19,587 bases of DNA from Anthoceros angustus (GCA_010909165.1 VJWM01000398.1:1-19587); one strand, 5' to 3'; positions 1 through 11,338 are shown, numbered from the stretch's first letter. Program-made: numbers and translations. The notes: generated by a model not told the origin, from the sequence alone.

Positions 1-25
1 AAACCCGGCCGGATGCGGCCGATCT

Positions 26-145
26 TCAGCCGACGCGGGCGACTGACCCCAAGGGCTTCGGCAGCAAGTCGGTCAGTTCAGACGCCGTGGCTCGGGCCGG
101 AACGGTGGACAGGGCGTGGCGCAAGTACGCCGACGGGTCGGCCGC
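26..145 (-). pseudogene. IS66-family transposase C-terminal remnant
   Basis: My minus-strand translation (not in the ORF track) gives ADPSAYLRHALSTVPARATASELTDLLPKPLGSVARVG*, resembling the IS66 C-terminal element (P-x-x-YL-x-x-x-L...L-x-x-LLP). No upstream transposase sequence. Confidence 0.55.
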
Positions 146-189
146 CAATATTCACGATGGGCGTGTTCTCGGGAAGTGTCGTGGCAGGC

Positions 190-741
190 GTGCCCCGCTG
201 GCGGCCGGGGTGACGCTCGCGGTCGGCGTCCGCAACTCGCTGGACAAGTCGTTCCCGATGGGGTTCGCGGCCGGCTCGCGGGTGTTCTGCTGCGACAACT
301 GGCCTCCGCGCCGACCTGCTGGTGCGGCGGAAGCACACCGCCCACGGCCTCGCCCGGTTCGCCGGGGCGATCGCCGGGGCGGTGGGGAGCCTGCGGCAGT
401 TCCGCGAGGCGGAGGCGGTGCGGATCGGGCGGATGCGGGCGGCGGTGATCGACGACGCCAAGGCCGAGTCGGTCATGCTGCTGCGGGCGTACGCGGCGAA
501 GGTGGTCAGCCACCTCGTGCTGCCCGGTGCTCCGGCACTGGCAGACCCCGCGCACCCCAGTTCGCGCCGCGGACGGTGTTCTCCCTGAACGCGTTCACCT
601 CGGCGATGGGGCCGCGGGCGCGGTCCAACCCGCAGGCGTACGCGGCCGCCACCATGCGGCTGTTTGGGGTGCTGGACGACAACTTCCGGCCCTCGCCGCC
701 CCGTCGTCACGACGGGCGGGGAGTACGCCGTGGCGGTCTGA
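190..741 (+). pseudogene. DUF932-family protein, N-terminally truncated
   Basis: Across frameshifts: PLAAGVTLAVGVRNSLDKSFPMGFAAGSRVFCCDN..DLLVRRKHT..RFAGAIAGAVGSL..FAPRTVFSLNAFTSAM..EYAVAV* (TGA 739-741). The NS-x-D..G..VF-x-CDN..KHT motifs are typical of DUF932. Sequence upstream of ~190 is unrelated. Confidence 0.7.
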
Positions 742-905
742 CCGGCCGCGGCGGGCGACGGGAACCGAGCGGACGCCGCCCCGGACCACCGGCGGCGGCC
801 CCGACGGACACGGACGGCGACCCGGGCAGGACGCCCGCGCCTCGTCCACCGAGGTGCTCGTGGGAGCAACCGAGCAGGCGATGTTCGTCCGCCGCAGACG
901 AAGGT

Positions 906-1243
906 TCAACCGGCTGACTGCCCGCAGTTGGCCGCTGCCCGCACCGCCGGCGCGCTGACCGGCTGGCTCACCGGACGCCCGCCAGCACGGCTCTCCGCTC
1001 GCGGATCGCCGCCGCGATCGACAACACCTCGGCTCGCAGGGCGTCCGTGTTCGGCGCGGCGATCCGGGAGCCGTCACCCAGCACCACCACCCCGTACGGC
1101 GGCCGCGCCGTACCGCTCCTCGATGAGCAGGAAGTAGGTTCCGAGTTGGAGCCGGTGCCGTGGCTCACCCGCCTCGCCGACTTCCTCCTCCGGGATGTAC
1201 CCGTCCCCGTCCTCACGATGCGGTCAGGACGCCCGGGTCGCCC
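906..1243 (-). pseudogene. Solo Cas4-like / PD-(D/E)XK nuclease, N-terminally truncated
   Basis: Reconstruction: GRPDRIVRTGTGYIPEE-KSARRVSHGHRLQLGTYFLLIEERYG-RPPYGVVVLGDGSRIAAPNTDALRAEVLSIAAAIRERR..RRCGQRANCGQSAG*. It shows G-x-x-D, E-x-K and Q-x-x-x-Y nuclease motifs plus C-terminal Cys residues (two clearly read). No N-terminus seen. Confidence 0.72.
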
Positions 1244-1289
1244 AGCCACCAACGGCACCCGGTATCAGGCTGACCGGTACTCTGTGAGA

Positions 1290-2011
1290 AAAGGATTCCC
1301 CGTCCATCGTCGGTCGCGTCCGACAGGTCCGCGAAGGAACAAAGCTCGATTCCTCCTCCGTCAGAACGGCTCGGACCTGCGGGTCGCACAGCGTCATCAC
1401 CTCCACCGCCCGCTCGGTGACGTACATGGAATCCAAACCGTCCGCCTCTCCGGGTGGCACCCCAACTCCGTCACGCCCGTCGGCAACTTGCGGAGGATTT
1501 CGACGAGCGCCGCCGCGCCGATCAGGTCGGGGTAGGCGGTGCCGTCGTCCCCTGCCCGTAGAACCCGCCGAAGTAGCGGACGGCCGGGGCGAGGTGGCGG
1601 AGCGGCACCCCGAGTCGGCGGCCCCGACCGCCGGCGACCGCACCGGCTCGTCGGTGTGGGCGTGCTGGTGGAGTCGATGTGGGTCGGGTTGCGGCCGACC
1701 AGTTCGCGGAACGCGATGAGCTGCCGCTCCACCTCCGCCGCGGCGGCTTCCGGGTCGTGGTCGGGGACCACCTGATACAGTCGGACCCACTCCCCGTTGC
1801 GGCACGTCCACTCGCCGAAGTCCAGGTGCAGGCCGACGGCCGGGGCCGGGTGGGCGCGGGCGTAGGCAGCCGCCTCGACGGCGGCGGCCACCGGACCATC
1901 AGGCTGGTGCTGGTGACGACGCCCGCTCGTGCGACGCGATGATCCCGCGGTTCACCCGAAGCTCTGGCCGAAGTCGTCGGCGTTCACGATCAGGCGGCGG
2001 GGCGCGGTCAT
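1290..2011 (-). CDS. ChbG/HpnK (YdjC) family carbohydrate deacetylase (frameshifted; 3' end approximate)
   Basis: MTAPRRLIVNADDFG..VNRGII..VGLHLDFGEW..PTHIDS(H)..TELGCHP..YVTERAVEVMTLCDPQVRAVL. Start lies 2 bp after the upstream gene's stop. Confidence 0.88.
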
Positions 2012-2013
2012 GG

Positions 2014-3163
2014 CTACATCCCCAGGTCGGTGAGCAGTTTCGCCAGCACGGTTTCCGCCCGGAAGTACTCGTGGGCGATCCGTCGGGCGGCCCGGCTGTG
2101 CCGCTCGTAGTCCGAGTTGATGGCGTCGAACGCGGCCAGGATCTCGTCCGTCGTGTCGAACGCGAACAGCCCCTCGCCGGTCGGCAATGCCACCCCGAAC
2201 CCGGTGTTCTGGGTGACCACCGCCGCCCGGCCGCCAGGTAGCACGCGCTCCGCTCGCTGAACCACCCGCTCCGCAGCCGCACGTTCTGGTCCTTCGCCAC
2301 CGTGAACTCGCCGCGGAGGCCCGCACGTACTCGCGGTACGGCCACGGGAGGTGGTCAGCGGGTGGGCGTCGGTCAGCCGCCACCCGTTCTCGTCCAACAA
2401 GGTCCGCTCGCCCGGCCGGAGCGCCGAAAGGCCCATCGCCAACTCGATCGGCTGACTCGTCCGCCGGGGCAGGTCGATGAACTTCAGGAACTCGTGGTGC
2501 TTGCTCCAGTAGTACGTGTCGCCGTTGAACTCGAGGTCGTCGCCCGTCTGCCTCCAGTTGCCGACGGTGGTGAACACGTCGCGGGTCGGCGGGCCGCCCT
2601 CCCACAGGTCCAGGAGGACCGGCTGGCGGGTCCACGCCCGCAGGCGGGGAGCGGCGGATCGGGCAACCAGGGCGGCTGATGTTCTCGCCGTAGCTCACCA
2701 CGTCCCGGTGGGCGTCGATGAACTGGCGGACGTCGGGGTTGCCCTGGGCGTAGGCGATCGTGGCCGACCGGGTCGGTGCCGAAGTACACCAGCCCGATCC
2801 GCAGCCCGTCGAACGCCAAGTCCGTCGCGCCGGCCACGTTGAACACCGCGTCGGCGTGGAGAGGAGGTCTTCGGCCTGCGCCCGGCACGGGCCGAGCCAG
2901 CGGCCGTCGGCGTAGCTCCGCCGGTACGCCCACTTGTCCCCAGCCCGAAGCTGTCGGCCACCCGCGCCAGGTACGGCACGGCGTAGTCCGAGTCCCCACC
3001 GGGCTGCCCGCACCGGGTCGTAGGGCCAACTGGTGGCCTCGACGTAGTAGGCGTCGTGCCCGAGCCGGCGGAACCCGGCGGTCAACTGCATGCACATCCA
3101 CGCCATCCCCGCGTACGGGTTGGACGCGAGCGTGCCGACGACGACGAGTTTGCGCGGTTTCAT
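2014..3163 (-). CDS. Putative glycosyltransferase (GT-B type, CgeB-like C-terminus)
   Basis: [110 protein letters not shown] overlap with the ABC gene stop at 3160-3163. Confidence 0.75.
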
Positions 3164-4953
3164 CTCACCCCTCGAACAGCCCGGTGCCGGTGCGGGCCGC
3201 GTCGCCGTCCGGGGCGGCGACGGGTCGTCGTGCCGGGCGACCTCCATCTGCCGCCGGTACAGCCGGGCGTACAGCCGCGGGCCAACAACTCCTCGTGCCG
3301 CCCCTGCTCCACGATCGCCCCGCGGTCCAGCACGAGGATGCGGTCGGCGTGCCGGATGGTGGACAGGCGGTGGGCGATGATGAACGTGGTGCGGCCGGCC
3401 ATCAGCCGGTCCAGGGCTTCGAGGAGGGCCTCGGTCTGGGCGTCAGGGCGGAGGTCGGCTCGTCGAGGACGAGGACCGCGCGTCCTGAGCAGGGCGCGGG
3501 CGATGGCCAGCCTGCTTCTCCCGCCGGAGGGTCGCCCCCCGCTCGCCGATGACCGTGTCGTACCCGTCGGGCAGGCGGCGGATGAACGGGTCGGCGTTGG
3601 CGGCGCGGGCGGCGGCGATCACCTCGGCGGGGGTGGCGTCGGCCGCCGAGGGCGATGTTCTCGGCCACCGTCAGCGGGAACAGGAACGGATCCTGAGGAC
3701 CACCGCCACCTGCCGCCGCAGGGACCGCACCGTCAGTTCGCGGAGGTTGCGGCCGTCGATCGTCACCCGCCCGGACCACGGGTCGAAGAACCGCACGAGA
3801 AGGTTCAACAGAGTGGTTTTGCCGGCCCCGTCGGCCCGACCACCGCCACCACCTCGCCGGGCGCCGCCTCCAGCGACACCCCGCTCAGGATTGGTCCGGA
3901 GTCGTACCGAAGGCGACGTTCTCGTACCGCACGTGCCCGCGGATCGGGGCGTCGATTGCGCCCGGCGGGTCGGCCACGTCCGGCTTCAGGTCGAGCAGCT
4001 CCAGAACCCGGTCGGCGTTGGCCGCCGAGGTGCCACGCCGAGGTGGTGTACACCATCGACCCGAGCGGGCCGTACAGGGCGGCGAGGTAGGCGAGGAACA
4101 CGAGCACGGTGCCGACCGTGATCTGTCCGTCGAGGGCGTACCGCGTGCCCAGCCAGATGATGGCCGCCGTGCCGACCGCCGTCACCAGCCCGACCAGCAG
4201 CTTGAACAGCATGTCGGTGAACACGGAGCGGCGGTACGCCGCCACCGCGTCCGCGGCGCATTGCCGGAACCGCTCCTCCTCGGCCGTCTCGCGGGTGAAC
4301 GCCTGCACGACCGGGAGCGCCCTGAGCGCCTGTTCGACGATCGACGACAGCCGCCCCTCCAGGTCGCGGCGGCGCGGCTCCGCTTCTTCATCGGCTTGCC
4401 GAACGCCCGGATGAGCAGGGCGAGGAACGGCGTCACCGCCAGGGTGAGGAGGGTGAGGTCGGCTCCAGCCGCCACATGATGGCGAACATGGCGGCGAGCG
4501 TGAGCACCGACTGGAGGAGGGGAACAAGGTGTCGCTCAGAAACATCTGCACGCAGTACGTGTCCCCGGTGACACGGCAGACGCCGAGCGGCCGGCGGACG
4601 TGGGCGAGCGGGGACAACGCTGGAGGTGGCCGAACAGGTCGGCCGCCGGTCGTAGGCCGTCCGCTGGCCGAACGTGACGGCGGCGATGGTGCTGATGGTG
4701 CTGGTGACGGCCCCGGCCAGGAACACGAGGACGGTGCCGACGCACACCCACACCAACAACCCGGCACCGTCGCCCGTGCCGGTGAGCGCCGCAGCCAGTC
4801 GGGGACCGGCTCCCGCCCGAGAACATGGTCGATGAGCACCTTCATCGGCCACGGCCGAATCTCCAGCGCGACCGTCGCCCCATCGTCGCCAGGACGACGG
4901 CCATCGCCGCCAGTGGCGGCGGCGTAGGGCAACAGTCGGAGTACAGCGCTCAT
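3160..4953 (-). CDS. ABC exporter, fused permease + ATPase (MsbA/NdvA/PglK-like architecture)
   Basis: N-terminal TM region ([41 protein letters not shown]). Frameshifted Walker A (VAVVGPTG..), [15 protein letters not shown], Walker [13 protein letters not shown]-loop IIAHRLSTI. Confidence 0.92.
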
Positions 4954-4980
4954 CGGCAGGTGTTCCTCGATATCCGAAAC

Positions 4981-5924
4981 TCACGCGACGAGGCCCAGCC
5001 GTTGGCCCGCCGTCCGGAGTTGGGCGAACAGCGATCGCGCCCCGCCCCGTGTGTGATTGGGGTAGATCCCGAGCCAGCGGATCGCCAAATACACGCGGGC
5101 GGCGTCCAGCCGCCGCCGAACCGGCCGCCGCCGACCGCGGCCAGCGGGCGCGCGGTAGGCGCGGACACACCGGGCGGCCGTCTCCGGCCACCCTTCGGTC
5201 AGGCTGGCCAGGTCGATCTCCCGGCGGCGACGGCGGCCGTCTCCCAATCGACCGGGTGGATTCGCCCGCCACTGAGCAGGATGTTCTTCGGGTAATACTC
5301 CCCGTGGATGACCACCTGCGGGGCGGCGAGGAGGGTGTCGATCACCTCGTCGAACCGCTCACACAGCGGGGCCAGCCCGCGGGCGTGCGGGTGGCGCGGG
5401 TGAACCGGCGGAACCGCCGCGCCCACCCGGCGTAGTACGCCGCGTCGTACCGCACGAGGTGGGTGGCGGCCGGCTTCCGGACGAGGGCGGCGGACTTGCG
5501 GTGGAACTCCCCGATCCAGCGGCCGGCCGGAACGAACCCGACATCCCCGCGTGTTCCAGCCGCTCGGCGTCGTCAACGAACTCAGCGCCAGCCACGCCTT
5601 CCGGCCTCGCCCCGGCTGCCCCGAACAGCCGCGGCGCGTCACCCCGAGCGGACCCAGCACGCGGCCGTACACGTCCGACTCGTACCCCACGCCCGGCGGT
5701 GCCCCGCGGGCGAAGTGTTCCGCCCCGGCGACGGTGTACTTGCACAGTAGCCGCCGCACACCGCCGTCGGGCAGACGACACCGCACCACCTCGCTCGGGA
5801 ACGTGCTGGCGTACACGTTCGGCCGCCGGGGCGAGCACCCGCACCGCACCCCTACTCCGTGCATGGCCGACAGACCGGATTCCAAATCCGCCCGATCCGG
5901 GAACCGGGGCCGACTACTCGCCAT
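4981..5924 (-). CDS. Aminoglycoside phosphotransferase / choline-kinase-like phosphotransferase
   Basis: ..NVYASTFPSEVV..LLCKY..GVGYESDVY..QVVIHGEYYPKNILLSGGRIHPVDWETAAVAAGEIDLASL..; Brenner-like motif plus D-W-E metal motif. Start overlaps the GT stop by 11 bp. Confidence 0.82.
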
Positions 5925-8427
5925 CGCCCACCTCCGGCCGGTCTTCCGGTTCGTCGCACATTTGTAACCCGCGGGCGGTGGAGTCGAACACGGCGACAGC
6001 TGGCCGCCGCCGGGTGCCCCGCCACCACATCCCGCCGGCCAGGACTAGGAGGGCCCGCCGCCGCCGGCAACAGCAATTGAACAGCCCGCCGGCCGCGAGG
6101 CCGACCGCCGCCGCCGCCAACGTCGCCCGGCGTAGTTGCTCGGCCTCAGCCGGTAGCGGACGCGGACCAGGCACTTCCCGCCGCCGTGTTCCTCCCGCCG
6201 TGCACGCCTCGACCACCGTCCACGGGTGGCAGTACACGGCCACGTCCCAGTCGGACCATCCGGAATCCAGGATCCGTCCCCACCCGCGGTCGTTCAGGAA
6301 GTCGATCACCCCGCGGAGCAGTTGTCCGGTCGCACCCGTCCTCGCTCCAGTAGGTCGCGGTGCGGGTGCGGTGAGCGGCAGAGGTTCCCGCCCGGCCGTC
6401 GGGGTGGTTCGCGACCGGGGCGGTGAGAACAGCCGCGTCCGATACCGCTTCCAGGACCGAACCAGCGGCTGGGCGTAGCACAACCACGCGACCACCGCGC
6501 GGGCGGCGAACCCGTCGTGCGGCAGCGGCAGATGGGCCTGTCGGGCCTGAAGCACGGCGATCAGCCAGGAGAGGAGGAGCATCCGCCGCGACCGCCAGCC
6601 CCGGCCACCAGAGCACGGCGGACACCGCGACCAGGAGAGTGACGGCGTGCCACTCCAGCGTGGTCGGCAGCATCGCCCAGTGGGCGGGGCCGGGCTGGTA
6701 CACGCACTGGAACAGCCCGGTGGCAAACGTACCGCGGTAGATGAGCGCCGTCCACCCGCAGCCCGCGGAGGGACGCGCCGTAGAGCACCCCGCCACTTCC
6801 CGTCCCCGCGGCCGTTGAACTTGTCCGGGTGCTTGAACCGCAGCAGTGCCTCCGCCTCCCCGTAACCGGCCTGCTGACGGAGAAAGGCCCGCGGGTCTGC
6901 CGGCGGTGGTGCCAGACGAACCCGCCGGGGCGAAAGTGATCCAGTGCCCGGCCTGTTGGAGCCGCCAGCACACGTCCACGTCGTCGCCCGCCTTGCGGTA
7001 CTGAGGTCGAACCCGTTGATCGCCAGCAACACGCCCGGCGGAAGGCCATGTTGCAGCCGGGCACATGCTCGGCCACCGGTCGCCCTCCAACACGTGCGTC
7101 GGCTGGCCGGGGCGGCGGCCACGCACGCGGCCAGCCACCGTCCTCCGGGGTCAGGTTCGGCCCGCCGACGGCGGCGGCCCCGCCCGCTGTAACTGGTCGA
7201 TCAGGTGCGTCAGCCAGTCCGGGTCGGCCACACAGTCCGAGTCGGTGTACGCCACAACCTCGCCCGTCGCTGCGGACAGCCCGACGTTCCGGGCCACGCT
7301 CAGCCCGCGGTTCGGTTGTCGGATCGCCCGGACGGACGGGAACCGATCGAGGATCGCTGCGGTGTCGTCGGTCGAGCCGTCGTCCACAACGACCACCTCG
7401 TACTCCGGGTAGTCCAGCCGGCCGAGCGACTCCAGGCACTCGGGCAGGGTCCGCCCGCCGTTGTACGTGCAGACGACGACCGACACCCGCGGAGCGGCCC
7501 CAGCAGCGCCGGCGAGGCCGTGAACACCTGCTTCCGCCCGGTACGCCGCCTTTGGAGTGCGGTCGGCGGCGGTGATGCCGAACGCCCAGTCCTCGATGCG
7601 GTGCCCGCCGGTGTGCCAGTCGTCCGTCCACGAGAACACGAACGCCCGGCGGCCCCGGCGAGCGTCGCTTCGGCGACGTGCCCGGCCAGGAAACGGGCCT
7701 GCGTCCTCCCCGTGCCAGCGTGTCCATCCCGATCTCGCCGAGTAGCAGAGGCTTGTCGCCGGTCAAGTTCTGGAGCCGGATGAGGTATCGCCGGAACGCC
7801 TCGCGGTCGTGCAGGTAGACGTTGAAGGTGGCGAAGTCGAACGCGGACAGGTCCAGGTATTCCGTCGGCGGGAAGCTGGCGTAAGTGGCCAGCCCGTCCG
7901 GGTCGGTCTGCCTGGTGACGTCGAGTAGTTCGGCCAGGAAGCGCTCGACCCGGCCGCGCGTGCCAGCGGATGACCCCGGCGGGATCTCGTTGCCGACGCT
8001 GTACGCGAGGACGGCCGGTGCCCGCGGCCAATACGGGCGGCCTCCCGCACGGCCCGCCGGGGCGTGGTCCTGCGCCCGTTCGCTGTCCAGGAAGCACAGG
8101 TGCTTCGGCCACGGCACGTCGATGAACACCGCCAGCCCCGCCTCCCCCGGTCGAGGAACCACCTCGGCGGGACGTGGTACGTGCGGACAGAGTTGACCCC
8201 GGCCGCCCGCATGGCGGCGAAGTCCGACCGGACGCGGTCGGGCGGGGAGTTGCAGCCCGTCGTCCCCGGGCGAACGGGCCGTGGTCACCCGCGGACGCGG
8301 AATCGCTCGCCGCGGCCAGGAACTTGCCCGTCACGCGGGTACGCCCGCTCGGGGTGGCAGCCGTCGCACGCTCGGCTACAGCCGGCCTCCGGCCGACCAC
8401 TGGGGCGAGTTCCGCCAGCAAGTCCAT
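5914..8427 (-). CDS. Bifunctional clan GH-A (GH2-like TIM-barrel) glycoside hydrolase / family-2 glycosyltransferase with C-terminal TM helices
   Basis: N-half: GVNSVRTYHVPP..AYSVGNEIP..YASFPPTEYL..FNVYLH..PLLLGEIGMD..FSWTDDW. GT2 half: VSVVVCTYNG..VVDDGSTD..GLSVARN..AYTDSDC..EHVPGCNMAFR..AGDDVDVCWR..RQQAGYGEAE, followed by hydrophobic segments. Confidence 0.88.
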
Positions 8428-8471
8428 GACGCTGCCGCCTCGTAGAGGGTGGGGTGTTCAGCCGGCCGGGG

Positions 8472-9880
<1,409 letters not shown>

Positions 9881-9883
9881 TTC

Positions 9884-10633
9884 TACTGAATCGCAGGTAA
9901 CGCCTACTCTTTAACCGGCGGTGGTTCGGGGAACGGCAGGTCGGACCGCTCCCACAGTGCTCAGCAGTTCCGGTCGTGCTTGAGTTCGATCAGGTACTGA
10001 CGACCCACTCGTCCAACGCCCGCAGGTCGTCCGGCACGAAGTTGGCCAACCGCCCCACTTCAGCCAACTCCACACCGCCTCCACCGGGTTCAGGTCCGGG
10101 CGTAGGGCGGCAGCCGCTCCAACCGCAGCCGCTTGTTCTTCTTGAGGAACTGGCGGATCACCGGCCCGTGGTGGTTCGGCCCGCCGTCCCAGATGACCAC
10201 CACCTTCCCCGCAGGTGTTTGAGCAGGTCGCGCAGGAAGGCGACCACCTTCTCCGCCAAGTACCCGCCCACCGCGGTGGCGAAGTAGAACCCCGGTCGCT
10301 GAGCCAGCGGCGACACGCTCACCGCCCCGATGACCGACACCTTCTTCCGGTGCCGCCGTCCCCGCCGACCACCGGCGTGTCCCCGATGAGCGACCAACTC
10401 CGTCGCACCAGCGGGTTGAGGAACAGCCGGTCTCGTCGATCAGCACGAGGTGGGCTTGGTCGGTCGCGACTTTTTGGATCCGGGGTACGCCTGCCCGAGC
10501 CAGGCGTCGATCACCCGCGGGTTCCGCTGCTTCGCCCGGCGGACCGGCTTCTGCGGCGAGTACCCCGCTTCGACAGCCACTCCGCAGGTAGTTCGGTGGA
10601 ACGCGACCCCAGCCGGTCGCGGATCAGTTGGGC
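9884..10633 (-). mobile_element. IS630-family element, 5'-truncated (transposase stop TAG at 9904-9906; right end at TA 9884-9885)
   Basis: VAQLIRDRLG..EWLSKRG..QKPVRRA..HLVLIDETG..KKVSVIGAVSVSP..VVVIWDGGPNHHG..LERLPPYA-DLNPVE..LANFVP..LWERSDLPFP. DDE motifs present, A-rich slippery site near 10470, terminal CTGAATCGCAGG next to a TA dinucleotide. Confidence 0.88.
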
Positions 10634-11058
10634 CACCGCATGAGCCGCTGCACCGCCTGCCACACGGCGCGGGCCGTGCCCTTCTTCCATCTGGGGTGGA
10701 GGGCGATCCACCGCTCGACGTGGAGCGGCTTGACCTGGTCGGCGGGGAACCCGTCCCCAGGTGGGCGACCAGCGGGGCGAGCTTCTCGACGTAGAAGTCC
10801 TTCGTCCGCTCGGCCCGGTCGGTGAAGGCGGAGGTGAGGAACTCGGCGTACAGGCGGCCGAGGGAGTAGGGGTCGGGACGCCGGGGTGGCGAACCGCTCG
10901 GCCTTCCGCCGCTCGACCTTCATCTCCTCGAACAGTTCGACGCCGGCGGCGGTGGCGGGGGTTTCGGGGCCGGCGACGAGCTTGACGTACCTGCCCTCGA
11001 ACTGGACGTACCACGCCTGGCGGGCCTTCTTGAAGAAGGGCTGGCGACGGGTCGACAT
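10634..11058 (-). pseudogene. Tyrosine recombinase/integrase, N-terminal half only
   Basis: MSTRRQPFFKKARQAWYVQFEGRYVKL..LYAEFL..RTKDFYVEKLAPLVAHLG..ADQVKPLHVERWIALHPRWKKGTARAVWQAVQRLMRW: arm-binding plus SAM-like core-binding region typical of planctomycete integrases, next to a tRNA. The catalytic domain is absent, replaced by IS630 sequence. Confidence 0.8.
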
Positions 11059-11240
11059 CGGGGAACCTCAAGGGGGACACAGTCCACCGCTCGTGAGCCG
11101 ATGAGGTTCGCGGCCGGCCGGGCCTTCCAGGGTGTTGCAGCACCTGAAGGCTTTCCGTCTTTGGGACTCGTTTGGGGACGCGTCCCCGAGACCCCGAGAA
11201 ATGTCCTGAAAATCTACGGCTTCGTCACCTTAGCCCGCCT

Positions 11241-11281
11241 GTTCCGTAGACCGATGCTCTATCCAGTTCAGCTATGGGTGC
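11241..11281 (-). tRNA. tRNA-Arg(ACG), 5' half only (interrupted/pseudo)
   Basis: GCACCCA TA GCTGAACTGGATAGAGC A TCGGT CTACGGA AC: acceptor 5' strand, D-arm and anticodon loop with ACG. The continuation (AGGCGGGC..) does not complete the anticodon stem, and no TGGGTGC acceptor 3' strand follows. Confidence 0.8.
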
Positions 11282-11291
11282 ATAAACGGGC

Positions 11292-11317
11292 ATGGTAGGG
11301 GCGGCGGGGGTTGTCAA
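11292..11317 (-). promoter_or_regulatory. Sigma70-type promoter of the tRNA gene
   Basis: TTGACA (11312-11317) and TACCAT (11292-11297) lie 10 bp upstream of the tRNA start. The spacer reads 14 bp but spans homopolymer runs prone to deletion errors. Confidence 0.6.
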
Positions 11318-11338
11318 CCGCCCGGGTGAGGTCGCGGC

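Noticed and set aside
772-802. GC hairpin between DUF932 and the Cas4-like gene as a terminator
   Set aside because: Imperfect stem with no U-tract; such stems are expected by chance at this GC content.
700-1300. CRISPR-Cas locus implied by the Cas4-like gene
   Set aside because: No repeat-spacer array and no other cas genes are visible anywhere in the window.
1213-1300. YdjC-Cas4 fusion protein
   Set aside because: The corrected YdjC frame reaches a stop near 1213 in a different frame from the Cas4-like motifs, and indel noise prevents any fusion claim.
4981-5924. Aminoglycoside resistance gene
   Set aside because: Only the fold motifs match. Its position inside a glycan operon and the HGE variant argue for a biosynthetic role.
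11060-11241. Group I intron interrupting the tRNA anticodon loop
   Set aside because: No recognisable P/Q/R/S core and no downstream exon; the adjacent integrase explains the break better.
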